A stretch of 64,000 nt of DNA from an uncultured Gammaproteobacteria bacterium. GTDB taxonomy: Bacteria > Pseudomonadota > Gammaproteobacteria > Arenicellales > CAJQKF01. The notes beneath the pieces were generated by a model. That model was not told the DNA's origin, searched no databases, and was given only the letters and a program-made list of their open reading frames with translations. The stretch lies in the NCBI GenBank assembly GCA_905478855.1, contig CAJQKF010000040.1, forward strand, positions 7,076 through 71,075, read 5' to 3'. Below are positions 61,047-64,000 of the stretch, one piece after another; the first letter of the stretch is position 1; each line of letters begins with the position of its first letter. The position numbers and the translations under genes are program-made.

Positions 61047-61670
61047 TTGATTAGTACTGGAAGCCGACGCGGCACAATGTTACTGGTAACAGGTACGGAT
61101 TGCTTATTTAGTCATAGTGTTCGAATTGTCGTTCACGAAAAAGAAGTTGATTGCGAATATCGATTTACAAAATCAGATGAACAATTGGTAGATCTGGCGG
61201 ATGTAAATCCTTATGCTGAGACACCAACATTGGTGGATCGTGATCTCGTTTTGTACGACCCAAGCGTGATTTGTGAATATTTGGATGAGCGGTTGCCTCA
61301 TCCGCCGATGATGTCGGTGGACCCTGTAGGTAGGGCGAAATCTCGCTTATTGATTCATCGATTGCGGAGGGATTGGCTTGACCGGATTTGTGCCTTAAAC
61401 CGTGACTATGAGTCGATTACTGACGAAGATAAGCAAATTATTCGCGATGGTTTAGTCTCAATTTCACCTATATTTAAAGAACAGAAGTTTCTCGGTGGAA
61501 ACGATCACGGTTTAGCGGATAGCTTCCTTGCTCCTTTATTGTGGCGTTTATCGGCTCTCGGTATTAAGTTACCTAAACCCGCAGCGCCGTTGAAGGAATA
61601 CGCAGAAAGAGTATTTAACCGATCTTCTTTCGCACGGAGTCTAACCGAAGCGGAAAAGTCACTTCACTAG
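61047..61670 (+). CDS. sspA: Stringent starvation protein A (GST fold)
   Basis: SHSVRIV..EK, NPY..TPTLVDRDL, EYLDER.PHPP, LAPLLWRL; TTG at 61047 with GGGGAG upstream. Confidence 0.93.
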   Translation: MISTGSRRGTMLLVTGTDCLFSHSVRIVVHEKEVDCEYRFTKSDEQLVDLADVNPYAETPTLVDRDLVLYDPSVICEYLDERLPHPPMMSVDPVGRAKSRLLIHRLRRDWLDRICALNRDYESITDEDKQIIRDGLVSISPIFKEQKFLGGNDHGLADSFLAPLLWRLSALGIKLPKPAAPLKEYAERVFNRSSFARSLTEAEKSLH

Positions 61671-61698
61671 ACGTCCGTAGAATAAAGGGTTTGCACGT

Positions 61699-62154
61699 TT
61701 GACTGAGTCTAAGAATGCCCTTCCATCCCGACGACCGTATTTAATACGGGCGATTTGGGAGTGGTCGATGGATTGCGGATTTACACCACAAATTCTTGTG
61801 AATGCCTCGTATCCAGGAGTGGATGTGCCGAGTGAGTTCATTACTGACGGTACGGTGGTGTTTAATATTCATGATCTCGCGGTTAGTCAACTGGATATGA
61901 AAAACGACTACATAAGTTTTTCAGCCCGTTTTGGCGGGGTGCCTCGTGAAATTTACGTACCAGTTGAATCGGTAGTCGGCATTTACACTCGGGAAAATGG
62001 CCAAGGTATGTTCTTCGAGACACCTGGATCGCCAGATGATCCGGGGTCAGACCCCAGCGAGGATAATAAAGATTCTCAAGGAGAGAGCTCTGCAGAATCC
62101 GCGGTTGAATCAAGCACGCCGACGCGTCGGAAACCTGATTTACGAATTGTTTAA
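61699..62154 (+). CDS. sspB: ClpXP adaptor SspB
   Basis: RPYLIRA..EW..D, FSARFGG, IY.RENGQG, C-terminal KPDLRIV XB-like motif. Confidence 0.95.
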   Translation: MTESKNALPSRRPYLIRAIWEWSMDCGFTPQILVNASYPGVDVPSEFITDGTVVFNIHDLAVSQLDMKNDYISFSARFGGVPREIYVPVESVVGIYTRENGQGMFFETPGSPDDPGSDPSEDNKDSQGESSAESAVESSTPTRRKPDLRIV

Positions 62155-62176
62155 AAATAATTGAGAAAAAAGTAGC

Positions 62177-62722
62177 ATGAGTTTGGATTTACACGGGACA
62201 ACAATCGTATCAGTGCGCGGTAAAAACTCTGTTGCAATGGGTGGTGATGGGCAGGTTTCCATGGGCGATACGGTCATGAAGGGTAATGCACGTAAGGTTC
62301 GCCGACTTTATCGGAATGAAGTGCTAGCGGGTTTCGCAGGAAGCACCGCCGATGCATTCACTTTATTTGAACGATTTGAAAGTAAGCTTGAAAAACACCA
62401 GGGTAATTTGGTTCGAAGTGCGGTTGAGCTCGCTAAAGATTGGCGAACTGATCGCATGTTACGTCGTTTGGAAGCATTATTAATCGTTGCAAACCTGACA
62501 GATTCGCTCATTATAAGTGGAAATGGTGATGTAATTGAACCAGAAGAAGGAGTTATGGCAATAGGTTCAGGCGGTAGTTTTGCGAAAGCTGCGGCCAGAG
62601 CATTGGTCACAAATACGGATCTGCCTGCTGCAGATATCGTACAGAAAAGTCTACAAATTGCATCTGAGATTTGTGTATACACAAATAATCATTTGACCAT
62701 CGAAGAGTTATCATTCGAATAA
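62177..62722 (+). CDS. hslV: ATP-dependent protease subunit HslV
   Basis: [38 protein letters not shown]. Confidence 0.97.
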   Translation: MSLDLHGTTIVSVRGKNSVAMGGDGQVSMGDTVMKGNARKVRRLYRNEVLAGFAGSTADAFTLFERFESKLEKHQGNLVRSAVELAKDWRTDRMLRRLEALLIVANLTDSLIISGNGDVIEPEEGVMAIGSGGSFAKAAARALVTNTDLPAADIVQKSLQIASEICVYTNNHLTIEELSFE

Positions 62723-62792
62723 TACAATTTTCTGTTTGGTGTTAACCAAGTTGAGAATTGGGTTCTGCTACATTTAATCTGAAAGTAATATC

Positions 62793-64000
62793 ATGTCCGA
62801 AATGACACCTAGAGAAATTGTCCAGGAACTGGATAAACATATTGTTGGCCAAGATGCGGCAAAACGATCAGTTGCAATTGCACTTCGAAACCGCTGGAGA
62901 CGGTCAAATGTTCCTGATTCGGCTATGAGAGATGAAATTACACCAAAGAACATTCTCATGATTGGCCCGACCGGTGTAGGGAAGACCGAAATTGCGCGCC
63001 GTTTAGCAAAATTAGCAAAGGCACCCTTCATTAAAGTTGAGGCAACTAAGTTTACGGAAGTTGGTTATGTTGGCCGTGAAGTCGACTCGATAATTCGTGA
63101 TTTAGCCGAAATTTCGGTGAAAATGACACGGGAAGAGCATCAGGCAAAAGTGATGCCGCGTGCTGAGGACGCAGCTGAAGAGAGAATTCTTGATTTATTG
63201 TTACCACCTGCACGAGATTCTAAAACCCGGTCAGCAGATGATGTAGATAACCGAGAAGAGAGTGATGGTGCGGGTCGTCAACGGTTTAGAAAATTACTTC
63301 GCGAAGGTAAACTTGATGATATAGAAATTGAAATCGAAGTAAGCGCTAATCCTGTTGGCGTTGAAATAATGGGGCCTCCTGGCATGGAGGAAATGACGTC
63401 ACAGTTGCAGAGCATGATGCAAAATATGGGCAGTCAGGGAACTAAAACGCGCAAAATGCGTGTCGATAAAGCACTGCAAGTTTTAACCGATGAAGAAGCG
63501 GGTAAGCTGGTAAATGAAGAAGATATAAAACTGAGTGCGATTAGTCGAGTTGAACAAGATGGCATTGTGTTCCTTGACGAAATGGACAAAATAGTAAGTA
63601 GTGGAAATCAGTCTGGTGGTGAAGTTTCCAGAGAAGGGGTGCAACGCGATCTTTTGCCGTTGGTTGAAGGAAGTTCGGTTACCACTAAATATGGAATGGT
63701 TAAAACCGATTTTATTTTATTTATTGCATCTGGGGCATTTCAACTATCCAAGCCATCGGATTTAATTCCTGAGCTTCAGGGCAGGTTGCCCATCAGAGTG
63801 GAACTTAACGCTTTGGTTGTAGACGATTTTGTTCGAATTCTCGAAGAACCTGATTCGTCTTTAACCGAACAGTATGTGGCATTGCTCAAGACTGAAGGCG
63901 TCGACTTAAGGTTTGAGGCCGACGGTATTCGGAGTCTTGCTGAGCACGCTTTCAAGGTAAACGAAAAAACAGAGAATATCGGTGCAAGACGTCTTCATAC
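62793..64000 (+). CDS. hslU: ATP-dependent protease ATPase HslU, truncated at the window end
   Basis: Manual translation: [65 protein letters not shown]; absent from the ORF track because it has no stop in the window. Confidence 0.97.
   Translation, partial: MSEMTPREIVQELDKHIVGQDAAKRSVAIALRNRWRRSNVPDSAMRDEITPKNILMIGPTGVGKTEIARRLAKLAKAPFIKVEATKFTEVGYVGREVDSIIRDLAEISVKMTREEHQAKVMPRAEDAAEERILDLLLPPARDSKTRSADDVDNREESDGAGRQRFRKLLREGKLDDIEIEIEVSANPVGVEIMGPPGMEEMTSQLQSMMQNMGSQGTKTRKMRVDKALQVLTDEEAGKLVNEEDIKLSAISRVEQDGIVFLDEMDKIVSSGNQSGGEVSREGVQRDLLPLVEGSSVTTKYGMVKTDFILFIASGAFQLSKPSDLIPELQGRLPIRVELNALVVDDFVRILEEPDSSLTEQYVALLKTEGVDLRFEADGIRSLAEHAFKVNEKTENIGARRLH

Noticed and set aside
599-63031. Numerous 60-140 aa antisense or alternate-frame ORFs in the track (e.g. 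14086-14460, 17666-18073, 18724-19146, 58713-59114, 62308-62682)
   Set aside because: They lie within well-conserved genes and show no recognisable motifs; these are expected shadow ORFs
1-64000. CRISPR arrays, tRNA/rRNA genes, IS elements, prophage genes, REP-like repeats
   Set aside because: Nearly all sequence is assigned to protein genes, and the intergenic gaps show no repeat-spacer periodicity, cloverleaf motifs, transposase remnants or recurrent palindromes by eye

Overview
Mostly housekeeping chromosome from a moderately AT-rich Gammaproteobacterium (taxonomy inferred from gene content and order; probably an environmental or marine lineage). 1-16.3 kb is the dcw cluster (end of rsmH, ftsL-ftsI-murE-murF-mraY-murD-ftsW-murG-murC-murB-ftsQ-ftsA-ftsZ-lpxC), which lacks ddl. 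16.7-27 kb holds leuS-lptE-holA-proA-nadD-rsfS-rlmH-maf-rng, a small secreted hypothetical protein and a Nit-family amidase. 27-48.4 kb is a more variable metabolic and signalling tract: a divergent D-cysteine desulfhydrase/CuyA-family PLP enzyme, hisN, a NUDIX hydrolase, avtA, prc, mtnA, a decayed enoyl-CoA hydratase pseudogene missed by the ORF track, prpE-methylmalonyl-CoA mutase-pccB, a membrane class III nucleotide cyclase divergent from two COG4671-type glycosyltransferases, gshB, a frameshifted GNAT and a second cyclase (TolB-like/TPR). 48.5-64 kb holds degQ, gor, prlC, two putatively exported CxxC proteins, rep, petABC-sspAB and hslV-hslU (truncated by the window edge). I saw no rRNA, tRNA, CRISPR array, IS or phage genes. 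The best candidate for an uncharacterised system is the non-canonical cyclase plus glycosyltransferase pair, but that is an inference from gene context and motifs, not a demonstration.
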